The position numbers and the translations under genes were made by a program. From contig JAWKQN010000009.1 of NCBI GenBank assembly GCA_041390125.1, forward strand, positions 170,628 to 234,627: 64,000 bases of DNA. The letters run 5' to 3'. The notes below the pieces were generated by a model. It was not told the DNA's origin. It saw only the letters and a list, made by a program, of their open reading frames with translations, and did not search any database. Shown here piece after piece: positions 54,467-63,529 of the stretch (the first letter of the stretch is position 1; each line of letters starts with the position of its first letter). This DNA is from Gemmatimonadota bacterium. Lineage in GTDB: Bacteria; Gemmatimonadota; Gemmatimonadetes; Longimicrobiales; Gaopeijiaceae.

Positions 54467-54625
54467 ATGCATTCGCCCTATCGCAGACCCGAGCTTCGCC
54501 GCATCGGAACCCTGCGCGAGCTCACCCGTGTCGGAACGGGGCAGAACTTCGACGGCATGTCGGTCATCGGAGACCCCAACGGCGCGTGTGACCTGCCCTG
54601 CCCGGGCGGGAACGCTCGCAGCTGA
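54467..54625 (+). CDS. 52-aa peptide with a lasso-peptide/RRE-type leader motif (candidate RiPP precursor)
   Basis: GAGGGG Shine-Dalgarno sequence 6 nt upstream. 42 of 52 codons end in G/C. Translation: MHSPYRRPELRRIGTLRELTRVGTGQNFDGMSVIGDPNGACDLPCPGGNARS. Residues 5-21 fit YxxPxLx3Gx5Tx. Confidence 0.5.
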   Translation: MHSPYRRPELRRIGTLRELTRVGTGQNFDGMSVIGDPNGACDLPCPGGNARS

Positions 54626-54702
54626 CCCTAGAAGGCTTCGGCGCCGATCGCCGAGCGTCCCCCGCGACATCGTCGGCTTGCATCGGTGCCCGCTGGAAAC
54701 AG

Positions 54703-54731
54703 GCCCCCCGGATCCGCAGGATCCGGGGGGC
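54703..54731. terminator. Perfect 13-bp GC hairpin (GCCCCCCGGATCC-GCA-GGATCCGGGGGGC)
   Basis: It lies 78 nt after the peptide ORF stop and 117 nt after the tRNA-Gly 3' end on the other strand, so it may act in both directions. The U-tract is weak. Confidence 0.4.
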
Positions 54732-54847
54732 TCCGTCGTTGGACGGAACAGAGGGTGCCCCGACGTTTCAGCGGAAACGTGGGGGCGGGGTGAAGCACCG
54801 CGGCCCCCCAACCGCCGAAGCCGTTGAGGGGCCGTGCTTTGCCTCAG

Positions 54848-54920
54848 AGCGGGAGACCGGGCTCGAACCGGCGACCCTCAGCTTGGGAAGCTGATGCTCT
54901 ACCAACTGAGCTACTCCCGC
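54848..54920 (-). tRNA. tRNA-Gly (anticodon CCC)
   Basis: The reverse complement GCGGGAGTAGCTCAGTTGGTAGAGCATCAGCTTCCCAAGCTGAGGGTCGCCGGTTCGAGCCCGGTCTCCCGCT folds as a cloverleaf. The anticodon loop is TT-CCC-AA and the discriminator base is U. CCA is not encoded. Confidence 0.93.
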
Positions 54921-54930
54921 GAGGACGCTG

Positions 54931-54958
54931 AATCTACCCCGCGGCGGCCGGGAATCAA
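54931..54958 (-). promoter_or_regulatory. Sigma-70-like promoter for tRNA-Gly
   Basis: On the minus strand the sequence reads TTGATT-N16-TAGATT, ending 10 nt upstream of the mature tRNA 5' end. Confidence 0.5.
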
Positions 54959-54992
54959 GCGCCGGGCTCGGGGCCAGCAGCGCGACGCCCCC

Positions 54993-55034
54993 CAAAAGAA
55001 AACGAGGCCGGGCCCCCCGTGGGGACCCGGCCTC
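54993..55034 (-). terminator. Intrinsic terminator of the TPR lipoprotein gene
   Basis: On the minus strand a 13-bp GC stem (GAGGCCGGGTCCCC / GGGGCCCGGCCTC, one bulge) is followed by GTTTTCTTTTG. It begins 30 nt after the stop at 55064. Confidence 0.7.
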
Positions 55035-55063
55035 CGGACCGTCAGGGACGGCCCACCTTCAGA

Positions 55064-56497
55064 TCACGGAGCCACCACCTCGTACCAGAAGCCCACGACC
55101 TCCTCGGTGGAGTCGAAGTCGATCGAGAAGTCCGTCGTCGACTCCGCGGCCGGGGCATTGACCGTCACGTCCTGCGTGCCGGCCTCCATCCCGTCCGCCG
55201 TCGTGAAGTGCACGCGCAGCGTCACCGGCGTGCCGGGGCTCAACGTGTTGTTCTGCACGGCGCCGTCGAGGCGGGCTCCCCCACCCTGCACCGGCTGGAA
55301 CAGCGGATCGACCACCTCGAAGCTCAGGGCCTCCATCTGCTCCATCACTTCCATGGCCACCTCGGAGCTCTCCGTCTGCAACAGCCCCTGTGCCAGCAGG
55401 CGATACGCGTTGGAGTTCTGCGGATCCAGCTCGATGAGCTGGCGCGCCGCGGTGGGCAGGTTGTCGTACGACTCGGCCAGGAAGAGCGTCTGCGCCCAGT
55501 TGTAGGCGGCGTCCCGGCTCCTGGGATTCAGCTCGGACGAGCGGGCGAAGGCGCGCGCGGCCCGCTCGAAGGCGTCAATCTGGTACAGGCCGATGCCCAC
55601 CACGAACATCTCGCGCGAGTTGAGGTTCGTGCGACCGAGCAGTCCGTCGTAGATGGCCATGGCGGAATCCGCCAGCATCGTCGAATCCGCCCCCGCTCCG
55701 CCCGCCTGCAGCATGAGGGCGTTGGCCAGCTGCGTGGCGGCGTTCACGCTCTCGGGGTTGACCTCGAGGTACGTCGCGTATGCGTCCGCCGCACGGTCGT
55801 AGTTCTCGTCCATCCGGTAGGCCTGCGCCATGTTGAGCGCGCAGATCTCCTCCCACTCGTCCCAGTCGGTTTGCGTCTCCGGCGTCTGCTCGCCGTATCC
55901 GGGACCCTGGACGATCTCGAGGCAGCCGGCGTACGCCTCGGCGGCCTTCCCGTTGTCTCCGAGCTGCGAAGCGAGCGAGCCCACCTGCAGGAGCGCTTCC
56001 GGCCGGTCGCGGTAGATCACACCCGCCTTCTCGAACTCGGTCAGCGCGGCCTGCGGATCGCCACCCTGCAACAGCCCGATCCCGGCGTTGTACGTCTCGA
56101 CCCAGGCCCCCTCGCGGATGGACGGGGTCTCCAGGCTGTAGGCCGGGTAGAGCTCGACCGCGCGATCGAGCATGGTGTCGGCGGCCATGTAGTCGCCCAG
56201 GCCGATCATGGCCTGGCCGGCGAGGAAGTAGCCGAGCGGATTGCCGGGCTCGGTCTGGATGCTCGCCTGCGCGGCGGTCAGCGCGTCGCGATAGCGAGCC
56301 TCCGACTGCGGGCCCTCCTGTCCCTGTGCCTGCAGCAGCATGAGCTGCGCGTTCTGCGTGGAGCTGTTCTCGGACGGGCGCGTGCCCTCCTCCATCCCTT
56401 CGGTCGGGCTGGGCGTGGAGCCACCGCCACCGCCGGACGCGCACGCCGCGAGGGACGCCATGAAGGCCAGCGCGCCGAGCTTGAACCGGAACCTCAT
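55064..56497 (-). CDS. TPR-repeat lipoprotein with C-terminal beta-rich domain
   Basis: MRFRFKLGALAFMASLAAC lipobox, then multiple TPR-like repeats. Confidence 0.75.
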   Translation of the reverse strand: MRFRFKLGALAFMASLAACASGGGGGSTPSPTEGMEEGTRPSENSSTQNAQLMLLQAQGQEGPQSEARYRDALTAAQASIQTEPGNPLGYFLAGQAMIGLGDYMAADTMLDRAVELYPAYSLETPSIREGAWVETYNAGIGLLQGGDPQAALTEFEKAGVIYRDRPEALLQVGSLASQLGDNGKAAEAYAGCLEIVQGPGYGEQTPETQTDWDEWEEICALNMAQAYRMDENYDRAADAYATYLEVNPESVNAATQLANALMLQAGGAGADSTMLADSAMAIYDGLLGRTNLNSREMFVVGIGLYQIDAFERAARAFARSSELNPRSRDAAYNWAQTLFLAESYDNLPTAARQLIELDPQNSNAYRLLAQGLLQTESSEVAMEVMEQMEALSFEVVDPLFQPVQGGGARLDGAVQNNTLSPGTPVTLRVHFTTADGMEAGTQDVTVNAPAAESTTDFSIDFDSTEEVVGFWYEVVAP

Positions 56498-56728
56498 CCC
56501 CAGTGCCTCCTGTGTGCGTATCGTGGGACCGGCCCCCCTACGCATCGGGGCCCCGGGGCTTCGCGAGGAGGCACCGGACGGTCCGTGTCCATCGTTTGTC
56601 AGGGTACCCCGCCGACGATCGAACGGGGCCAAGCCGGGAAACCTAGAGGGCGGCCCGCCCCCGGGTCAAACCGGCGCGCAGCCCCGGACACCCTACCAGC
56701 CCGACGGACGTCAGGGTCCCCCCGGGCC

Positions 56729-58567
56729 TCACCGGGCCAGCCAGGTCAGCACCCGCGAGGCCAGCGCCCGACTCATCCCGGGCACGCGGGCGATCTCCTC
56801 CTCGGAGGCGTTCTTGAGGCCCCGGATCGAGCCGAAGCGCTCCAGCAGCGCCCGCTGGCGCCGCTCTCCGATCCCGGGGACGTCGCGGAGCTCGCTGGTC
56901 AGGGTGCGCCGCCTCCGGAGCTTGCGGTTGTAGGAGATCGCGAACCGGTGCGCCTCGTTCCGGATCCGCTGCAAGAGGTGGAGCGCCCGCTGGCGGGGGT
57001 CCAGGCGGACGGGCTCGGTCCGTCCCGGCAGGAAGACCTCCTCCTCGCGCTTGGCCAGGGCGGCCACCGGCAGGTCCCCGAACCCCATCTCCTCCAGGGC
57101 ACGCCGCGCCGCGCCGAGCTGTCCCTTCCCGCCATCGATCAGGGCCAGGTCCGGCAGCGGCTGCTCCTCGTCCTGGCGGCGGCGGAACCAGCGCCGGACC
57201 GCCTCCTCCATCGACAGGAAGTCGTCGTTGCCCCACTCGCCGCGGATGCGCATGCGGCGGTAGTCCGATTTCTTGGGCGCCCCGTTCTCGAAGACGACGG
57301 CGCTGGCCACGGTGTCCGTCCCCTGCAGGTGCGAGATGTCGAAGCACACGATCAGCCGAGGGACCACCTTGAGCCCGAGCGCCGCCTGCAGGTCGTAGAG
57401 CGTCCGGTCGGCGCGATCGATGCCTTCCGTCGTCGCCGTCACCCGCTCCTCGAGCGAATGGCGCGCGTTCTCCCCGGCCAGCTCCACGAGGCGCCGCTTC
57501 TGTCCCCGCTCCGGCACCTTGAGCGCCACGTGCCGCCCGGCCGATCCTGCGAGCACGCCTGCGAGCACGTCCGCATCCTCGAAGTCCAGGGGCAGGAGCA
57601 CGTCCCGCGGCAGATCCTGGAGCCCCACCTCACCACGCCCGAGGTAGTGGCGCGTCGCCAACGACTGCACCAGCTCCGGGTCGGTCTCTTCCGCCAGATC
57701 CTGGAAGCGCTGCACGTCGCGTCCGATGAGACGCCCTCTGCGCATGCGGAGCACCACTCCGGCGGCCACCGCGCCGTCGCGCGCCACGCCGAAGACGTCC
57801 ACGTCTCCCCCACCCAGCGTGTCCACGCGTTGCTCGCGCGCCAGCGTGTCCAGACCCTGCAGCACGTCGCGGTGTCGGGCCGCCGTCTCGAAGTCGAGCC
57901 GCGCGGCCGCGTCCTTCATCCGCTGCTCCACCAGCCGGCGCACGCCTTCGGTGTCGCCTTCGAGCAGGCGCAGGATCTCGTCGATCATCACGCGGTAGTC
58001 GGCTTCGGTCTGCAGTCCTACGCACGGAGCCTGACAGCGTCCGATGTGATGATCCAGGCAGGGCCGGGACGGCGTCTCGCCCGGGAGGTCGTAGCGGCAG
58101 GAGCGCACCGTGTACTGGCGCTTGACCACCTCCAGCGCGCGACGCACGTACCCGACGGACGTGTACGGGCCGAAGTAGCGCGAGCCGTCGTTGACGGGAC
58201 GGCGGGTCACGTAGACGCGAGGGAACGGCTCGTTCACCGTCACCTTGATGTACGGATAGCTCTTGTCGTCCCGAAGCTGGATGTTGAAACGCGGCCGGTG
58301 GGCCTTGATCAGGTTGGCTTCGAGGATGAGCGCTTCGGCCTCGGACCCCACGACGATGGTCTCGACGTCGCGTGCGCGCCGGACCAGCTCCACGGTCTTG
58401 AGCCCTTGCTGCAGATCCGGGCGCAGGTAGCTGCGCACACGGTTGCGCAGGGCCTTGGCCTTGCCCACGTACAGGACCTCGCCGTCCTCCCCTTTGAAGA
58501 GGTAGACGCCGGGCCCGGTGGGCAGCCGGGCGATGCGCTCCGGGTCGAGTCCGGGCGGGTTCTGCAT
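56729..58567 (-). CDS. uvrC: Excinuclease ABC subunit C
   Basis: GIY-YIG motif GVYLFKGEDGEVLYVGKA, a UVR domain and a C-terminal (HhH)2 region. Confidence 0.94.
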   Translation of the reverse strand: MQNPPGLDPERIARLPTGPGVYLFKGEDGEVLYVGKAKALRNRVRSYLRPDLQQGLKTVELVRRARDVETIVVGSEAEALILEANLIKAHRPRFNIQLRDDKSYPYIKVTVNEPFPRVYVTRRPVNDGSRYFGPYTSVGYVRRALEVVKRQYTVRSCRYDLPGETPSRPCLDHHIGRCQAPCVGLQTEADYRVMIDEILRLLEGDTEGVRRLVEQRMKDAAARLDFETAARHRDVLQGLDTLAREQRVDTLGGGDVDVFGVARDGAVAAGVVLRMRRGRLIGRDVQRFQDLAEETDPELVQSLATRHYLGRGEVGLQDLPRDVLLPLDFEDADVLAGVLAGSAGRHVALKVPERGQKRRLVELAGENARHSLEERVTATTEGIDRADRTLYDLQAALGLKVVPRLIVCFDISHLQGTDTVASAVVFENGAPKKSDYRRMRIRGEWGNDDFLSMEEAVRRWFRRRQDEEQPLPDLALIDGGKGQLGAARRALEEMGFGDLPVAALAKREEEVFLPGRTEPVRLDPRQRALHLLQRIRNEAHRFAISYNRKLRRRRTLTSELRDVPGIGERRQRALLERFGSIRGLKNASEEEIARVPGMSRALASRVLTWLAR

Positions 58568-58585
58568 TGCGGGTTGTGCGGGGTC

Positions 58586-60097
58586 TCAGGAGCGGAGCCG
58601 GGGACGCACACCGGTTCCGAGGAGGCGCGTGAGCGCCAGGTATCCTACACCGAACGCGCCCAGCGTTCCGAGCGCGACCAGGCGGACCGGAAGCCCATCC
58701 AGGACACGCTCGGCGCCGAGGCCGAGCGCCGCGGCCAGGGCCGCAGCCGCCCAGACGCGCGCCCCCTCCCCCACCCCCGGCCCGTGCGGCCCGATGCGGT
58801 CGCGGAGCCGACGGCGGAGCGTGCCGTACTCGAGCCAGGCCGCCACGGCCGACCCCAGACCCAGTCCGGCCGCCCCCAGGAAGCGCTCGCCCACCTGGAT
58901 GCGGTCGAGCGGCACCATGAAGATCGCCCCGAACACCAGCGAGGTGACGATGCGCACGGCGGCGACCCGCGCCGGGGTCGCCGTGTCGCGCAGCCCGTAG
59001 AAGGCGTTGGCGAGCATGCGCGAGCTGGACGTGGCGAGCAGCCCCAGCGCGAAGGCGGCCAGCGTACCCCAGGTCACGAGCGTGTCGTCCAGGCTGAAGG
59101 CTCCGCTCTGGAAGAGCAGCACCAGCAGATGGCGCCCGAACAGGACGTATCCCACCACCGTCGGGACCACCCAGAACTGCACGCGAGCCAGACCGGAGCG
59201 GACGCGTCCGGCGATCAGGCCGGGGTCGGCGCGCTCGCGCGCGATCTCGGGCAGCTCGGCGGCCGCCACGGCCAATCCGAACAGCGAGATGGGGAGCACA
59301 TGCAGGGTCTGGACGTAGCCCAGCACCGCGAGCGCGCCGGGTGCCAACAGCGACGCCAGGGTGACCTCGCGCAGCAGACCGCTCACGCTCTCGAGACCGC
59401 GGGCGCCGACGACCGGTACGAAGTTGCGCACGGCTTCGCGCACACCGGGCGCATGCGTGTCCAGGGAGGGCCGCACGCCCCCCAGCAGCCGCCACACGAG
59501 CGGGAGCTGCACGAGGAACTGCAGCAGCCCGCCGGCCAACGCCCCCCAGCCCATGGCCATGAGCAGCGGCTGTCCGCGCAACCCCAGACCGAGCGCCCCC
59601 GTGAGCAGCCCGGTCACGATCGCGGCGTTCCAGAGCACGGGGGCCGCGTAGGACAGCAGGAAGCGGCGATGGGAGTTCAGGACGCCGAGCGCCCAGGCCG
59701 ACAAGACCAGGAAGCCCATCATCGGGAACAGGACGCGGATGAGTCCGACGGTGGCCGCCCGGCGCTCCCCGGTCATGCCCAGGGCCACCACGTCGACGAT
59801 CCAGGGCGCCGCGAGGACGCCCAGCAGCGCCAGCGCACCCGCCACGGCCACCAGCAGCCCGAACACCGCGCCTGCCAGCCGGCGCGCATCCGCGCTCCGG
59901 CCCTGATGCTCGAGCTCGGCGTAGACGGGGATGAACGAGGCGCTCAGGCTGCCTTCGCCGAGCAGGTTCTGCAGGACGTTGGGCACCTTGAGCGCGGCGG
60001 TCCACGCGTCGGCGAAGCCGGTGGTGCCGAACCAGCGCGCGAAGACCATCTGACGCACGAGGCCCGACGCCCGGCTGAGAAGGATGCCGGCCGCCAC
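58586..60097 (-). CDS. murJ: Lipid II flippase MurJ/MviN
   Basis: N-terminal SRASGLVRQMVFARWFG and GEGSLSASFIPV, with about 14 TM helices. GTG start; the true start could lie slightly upstream. Confidence 0.88.
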   Translation of the reverse strand: MAAGILLSRASGLVRQMVFARWFGTTGFADAWTAALKVPNVLQNLLGEGSLSASFIPVYAELEHQGRSADARRLAGAVFGLLVAVAGALALLGVLAAPWIVDVVALGMTGERRAATVGLIRVLFPMMGFLVLSAWALGVLNSHRRFLLSYAAPVLWNAAIVTGLLTGALGLGLRGQPLLMAMGWGALAGGLLQFLVQLPLVWRLLGGVRPSLDTHAPGVREAVRNFVPVVGARGLESVSGLLREVTLASLLAPGALAVLGYVQTLHVLPISLFGLAVAAAELPEIARERADPGLIAGRVRSGLARVQFWVVPTVVGYVLFGRHLLVLLFQSGAFSLDDTLVTWGTLAAFALGLLATSSSRMLANAFYGLRDTATPARVAAVRIVTSLVFGAIFMVPLDRIQVGERFLGAAGLGLGSAVAAWLEYGTLRRRLRDRIGPHGPGVGEGARVWAAAALAAALGLGAERVLDGLPVRLVALGTLGAFGVGYLALTRLLGTGVRPRLRS

Positions 60098-60144
60098 CCA
60101 GGCGGCGGCCGCGCCGGTCCGGGAGGCCCGGGGTCGAGCTGGGC

Positions 60145-60429
60145 TCAGGAGGCGTCCTCGTCGTCGCCGGTGGGCAGGCGCTTTGGTGGCGGGCGCTCGG
60201 CCAGGAGCTTGTGCAGGAAGTCGCTCTCCTCGCTGAGGCGCTGCACCTCGGCGGAGAGCCGCTCCACCTCTCCCTCGAGCTGGAGCATCCGATCCGGGGC
60301 GGGCTCCTCCCCGGCACGCAGGGATCGTCCCTCCATGCGCGCGGCGAGGGCCTTGCCCAACGGCGAGTCGAGCACGACCGCGAGGATCGGGATGAGCACG
60401 AGCAACAGGACCGCCAACTGGACGAACAT
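60145..60429 (-). CDS. Small membrane protein with N-terminal TM helix and coiled-coil tail
   Basis: 94 aa. Hydrophobic N-terminus FVQLAVLLLVLIPILAVVL followed by a heptad-like LQLEGEVERLSAEVQRL. Confidence 0.55.
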   Translation of the reverse strand: MFVQLAVLLLVLIPILAVVLDSPLGKALAARMEGRSLRAGEEPAPDRMLQLEGEVERLSAEVQRLSEESDFLHKLLAERPPPKRLPTGDDEDAS

Positions 60430-60438
60430 GGCTGGAAG

Positions 60439-62061
60439 CTACCGGGGCTCCGCGGGGGTGGCCACAGCCGAGCCCGCGTCCAGGACCGCTTCACACCGCT
60501 CCAGCAGGTCCGTCAGCAGCCCCGGACCGTAGCGCGCGAGATACTGGACCACGTTGAGCACCCGCTCCTGCGGAGCGCCCAGGGGCGCGAGGTGCTGCCG
60601 CGCGCGGTCCACCTGTCCGAGCAGCACCTCGTTCTCGCGCTTGACGGCCCGCAGGATCTTGGTCTCGGCCTTGTCGACCGCGCGCAGGGCGGCCGTCCGC
60701 GCGTGGGTGATGGGTCCGTCCAGCGTCGGGTCGAGGGCACGGGTGGCGGCGCTGAGCGCGTCGGTACCGGACGTGAGCTCCCCGCGCAGGCGGGCGAGCG
60801 CCGTGCGCGCCTCCACGGGCATCTCCTGACGCGCGAGGTCCGAGGTGAGCTCGTGCTCGGGCCGGGCGAGGTCCTGGGGTGCCAGGCCCCGCTTGTCCAG
60901 GATCTTCCGGACCTGCGGCTCGACGACCGTCACGGAGAGCCGCGGATGCACGATCGGCATCGGGACGTCCAGCGTCCGGAAGAGCGGCTCCAGCTCGGCC
61001 CAGTAGGCCAGCTCGCCGGGACCGGCCACATAGGCCAGCACCGGCAGCACCGCGCTCTCCACCACGGGGCGCAGGAGCACGTTGGGAGACAACACGGAGG
61101 GGTCGGCAGCGCAACGGGCCCGCAGCTCCTCGTGGTCGATCCGCGTGCCCGAGCCGTGCAGATAGAGCCCGTCGCCGTCACGATAGATGCGCTCGCGGCC
61201 GGCGGGGCCTTCGAGGAACAGGTTGAGCGCCCCGTCCAGGATGTGGACCTGGACGTCATAGCCGGCCGACGCGAGCGCGGACGCCCGGTCGCGCAGCACC
61301 GCCTCCGTCTCCTGCGACCGGTCCAGCTCCGCGTGGAGCAGGTCCGCGGACGCCTCCTTCAGCGCGGGATCGTCCGCGCGCAACACCAGGAGGCCCAGTG
61401 GCCCCAGCCAGGTCCGGAGCAGATGGGTGAAGCCGTCCGGCAGGGTACATCGCTCCGGATAGGCGGCTCGAACCTGCTCGAGGCAATCCGCTCCAAAGCC
61501 CTTGTCCGGGATCAGATCCCTCACCTGGGCCAGAAGGGCGTCCGACCCCGTCAAGGGGACGCGGAACAGGGGTCGGTCGGCGGGAGGCTCGGCGGCCCGG
61601 GCCTCGATCCGGTGCGGACGCTCCCGGTCGTCGAGCAGCCAGGTGTGGTTGGCCTCCTCCCAGTCGTGGTCCTCCGACGCCACCCAGAAGACCGGAAGCA
61701 CGGGCCGACCCAGGCGCTCGCTCCACCGACGGGCCAACGCCAGGGCGGTCAGCGCCTTGTGGACGGCGAACAGGGGACCCGTGAGGAGTCCGGGCTGCTG
61801 ACCCGTGGTCACGACGAAACCGCCCTCCGCCTCCCAGGCGTCGATGCGCGCCCGGGTGTCCGGATTGGCGCTCCGCAGCACATGGGCCGCACGGGCACGC
61901 CATTCGGCCGAGCGCCCGCCCAGGACGGCGGCGTGCGCCTCCAGCGCGCCGTCCTCCTGGAACGGCCGCGCAAAGAAACGCGTCGCGCGCTCCCGTCCCG
62001 CCAGATAGTCCTGCACGAGACGGCCCCCGCCGGGCCATCCCGCCCTGATCTCCGGATTCAC
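60439..62061 (-). CDS. bshC: Bacillithiol biosynthesis cysteine-adding enzyme BshC
   Basis: Signature VVTTGQQPGLLTGPLFAVHK and a length of about 540 aa. GTGA overlap with the rlmH stop. Confidence 0.8.
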   Translation of the reverse strand: MNPEIRAGWPGGGRLVQDYLAGRERATRFFARPFQEDGALEAHAAVLGGRSAEWRARAAHVLRSANPDTRARIDAWEAEGGFVVTTGQQPGLLTGPLFAVHKALTALALARRWSERLGRPVLPVFWVASEDHDWEEANHTWLLDDRERPHRIEARAAEPPADRPLFRVPLTGSDALLAQVRDLIPDKGFGADCLEQVRAAYPERCTLPDGFTHLLRTWLGPLGLLVLRADDPALKEASADLLHAELDRSQETEAVLRDRASALASAGYDVQVHILDGALNLFLEGPAGRERIYRDGDGLYLHGSGTRIDHEELRARCAADPSVLSPNVLLRPVVESAVLPVLAYVAGPGELAYWAELEPLFRTLDVPMPIVHPRLSVTVVEPQVRKILDKRGLAPQDLARPEHELTSDLARQEMPVEARTALARLRGELTSGTDALSAATRALDPTLDGPITHARTAALRAVDKAETKILRAVKRENEVLLGQVDRARQHLAPLGAPQERVLNVVQYLARYGPGLLTDLLERCEAVLDAGSAVATPAEPR

Positions 62062-62534
62062 GGTTCGAGTCCGCCTTTGTGGTAGGGTTCGCCCCGCTTG
62101 ATCGTACCGGCCCGGTAGAGCTGTTCCAAGAGGACGACGCGGGCCAGCTCGTGCGGGAGGGTCACCCCTCCCAACGAAAGGCGGCGGTCCGCCCGCTCCA
62201 GCACGGACGCGTCCAGCCCGAACGCCCCCCCGATCACGAAGACGACCCCGGGCAGCGAGCGCAGCGCGCTCTCCTCCAGGAGGGTCGCGAGATCCTCCGA
62301 GCTCAGCGGGTCGCCCTCGCGCGTCAGCGCCACCAAACGGTCGCGGGCGCCGACCCGGGCGAGCAGCCGCTCCCCTTCGGCGAGCAGTACACCGCGGGGG
62401 TCCTTTCCCCGCGCCCCGCTGGCCACCTCCTCCACGTCCAGGCTCCAGTACCGCCGCGCCCTGCGGGCATACTCGTCGGCCAGGGCTGCAGGAGGCCCCT
62501 TCATTCCGCCCACCGCCACGACGCGCACCTTCAT
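62058..62534 (-). CDS. rlmH: 23S rRNA (pseudouridine1915-N3)-methyltransferase RlmH
   Basis: About 158-aa SPOUT protein with FVIGGAFGL and LPHELARVVLLEQLYRA motifs. ATGA overlap with the lpxK stop. Confidence 0.88.
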   Translation of the reverse strand: MKVRVVAVGGMKGPPAALADEYARRARRYWSLDVEEVASGARGKDPRGVLLAEGERLLARVGARDRLVALTREGDPLSSEDLATLLEESALRSLPGVVFVIGGAFGLDASVLERADRRLSLGGVTLPHELARVVLLEQLYRAGTIKRGEPYHKGGLEP

Positions 62535-63529
62535 GGCCGGATCCGTTCCAGCAGCGTGTCGAGGGCTTCGGAGTCGCCTTCGGGCTCCACCGACAGGGCC
62601 AGCACCCGCCAGTCGCCCTGCACCCGGCCCGCGAGCTTGACCGCGTCCTTCTCGGTGGTCAGCAGCGTGCGGCCGGCGGCCCAACGCTCCAGGTCCACGA
62701 TCTCGGGGTCCGTGTACGGATGATGGTCCGGGAACCAGCGCGTGCCGGACACCCGCGTCCCGGCGCGGGCGAGCAGCTCCGCGAAGCCCTGGGGCTCGCC
62801 CACCGAGGCCACGGCGACACACTCCTGCGTGGGCGCCGCCGCAGCCGTCCCGTCCAGGTGCATCCATTCGCGGAAGGCCAGGCGCAGCGGCACCACCGGA
62901 ACCGACGGGGCCACGGTCCGCAGCCGCTCCCGGAGTGGGGCCGGGTCGGCCGTCCGGTGCGTGAGCAGGATTGCGTCCGCCCGCTGGAGCGCCGCCGGGG
63001 GCTCCCGCAGGGGCCCGCGCGGCAACGTCCGCCCCGTCTGCAGCGCACGGTGCTGCTCGGCCGAGACCAGGACGAGGTCCAGGTCGCGCGCCAGGCGCAC
63101 GTGCTGGAAGCCGTCATCCAGGATCGCCACGTCCGCTCCCGCCTCCACCGCCCGGGCCACGCCCTCCCTGCGGTCGGCGTGGGCCACCACGGGCATGTCG
63201 GGCGCCCAGCGGCGGTGGAGCGACACCTCGTCCAGCCCGTAGCCCCGGAGCACGACCGCCGGTCGGTGCCCTCGACTGGCCAGGCGCCGGGCCAGGAAGG
63301 CTGCGACGGGGGTCTTCCCGGTGCCCCCCACCGACAGGTTGCCGACGGAGACCACGGGGACCGGGGCGCGGGCCACGGACAGGACCCCCCTCCGATAGGC
63401 GGCGAGGCGGACGGCGCTGCCGGCCCGATACAGCAGCTCGACGGGCCACAGGAGACCGTCCAGGAGACGGAACCCCGCAGCAGGGCTGCCTCCCCACCAG
63501 GCCCGGGCCCAGGCGTGCAGGTCAGGCAT
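62531..63529 (-). CDS. lpxK: Tetraacyldisaccharide 4'-kinase
   Basis: P-loop VGNLSVGGTGKTP and ILDDGFQH motif. Confidence 0.9.
   Translation of the reverse strand: MPDLHAWARAWWGGSPAAGFRLLDGLLWPVELLYRAGSAVRLAAYRRGVLSVARAPVPVVSVGNLSVGGTGKTPVAAFLARRLASRGHRPAVVLRGYGLDEVSLHRRWAPDMPVVAHADRREGVARAVEAGADVAILDDGFQHVRLARDLDLVLVSAEQHRALQTGRTLPRGPLREPPAALQRADAILLTHRTADPAPLRERLRTVAPSVPVVPLRLAFREWMHLDGTAAAAPTQECVAVASVGEPQGFAELLARAGTRVSGTRWFPDHHPYTDPEIVDLERWAAGRTLLTTEKDAVKLAGRVQGDWRVLALSVEPEGDSEALDTLLERIRP

Noticed and set aside
55019-60532. A 1837-aa open reading frame on the + strand spanning 5.5 kb.
   Set aside because: It runs antisense to four well-supported genes (TPR lipoprotein, uvrC, murJ, small membrane protein). 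Its translation is R/G/P/A/H-rich low-complexity sequence with no motifs. Stop-free antisense frames are expected at this GC content.
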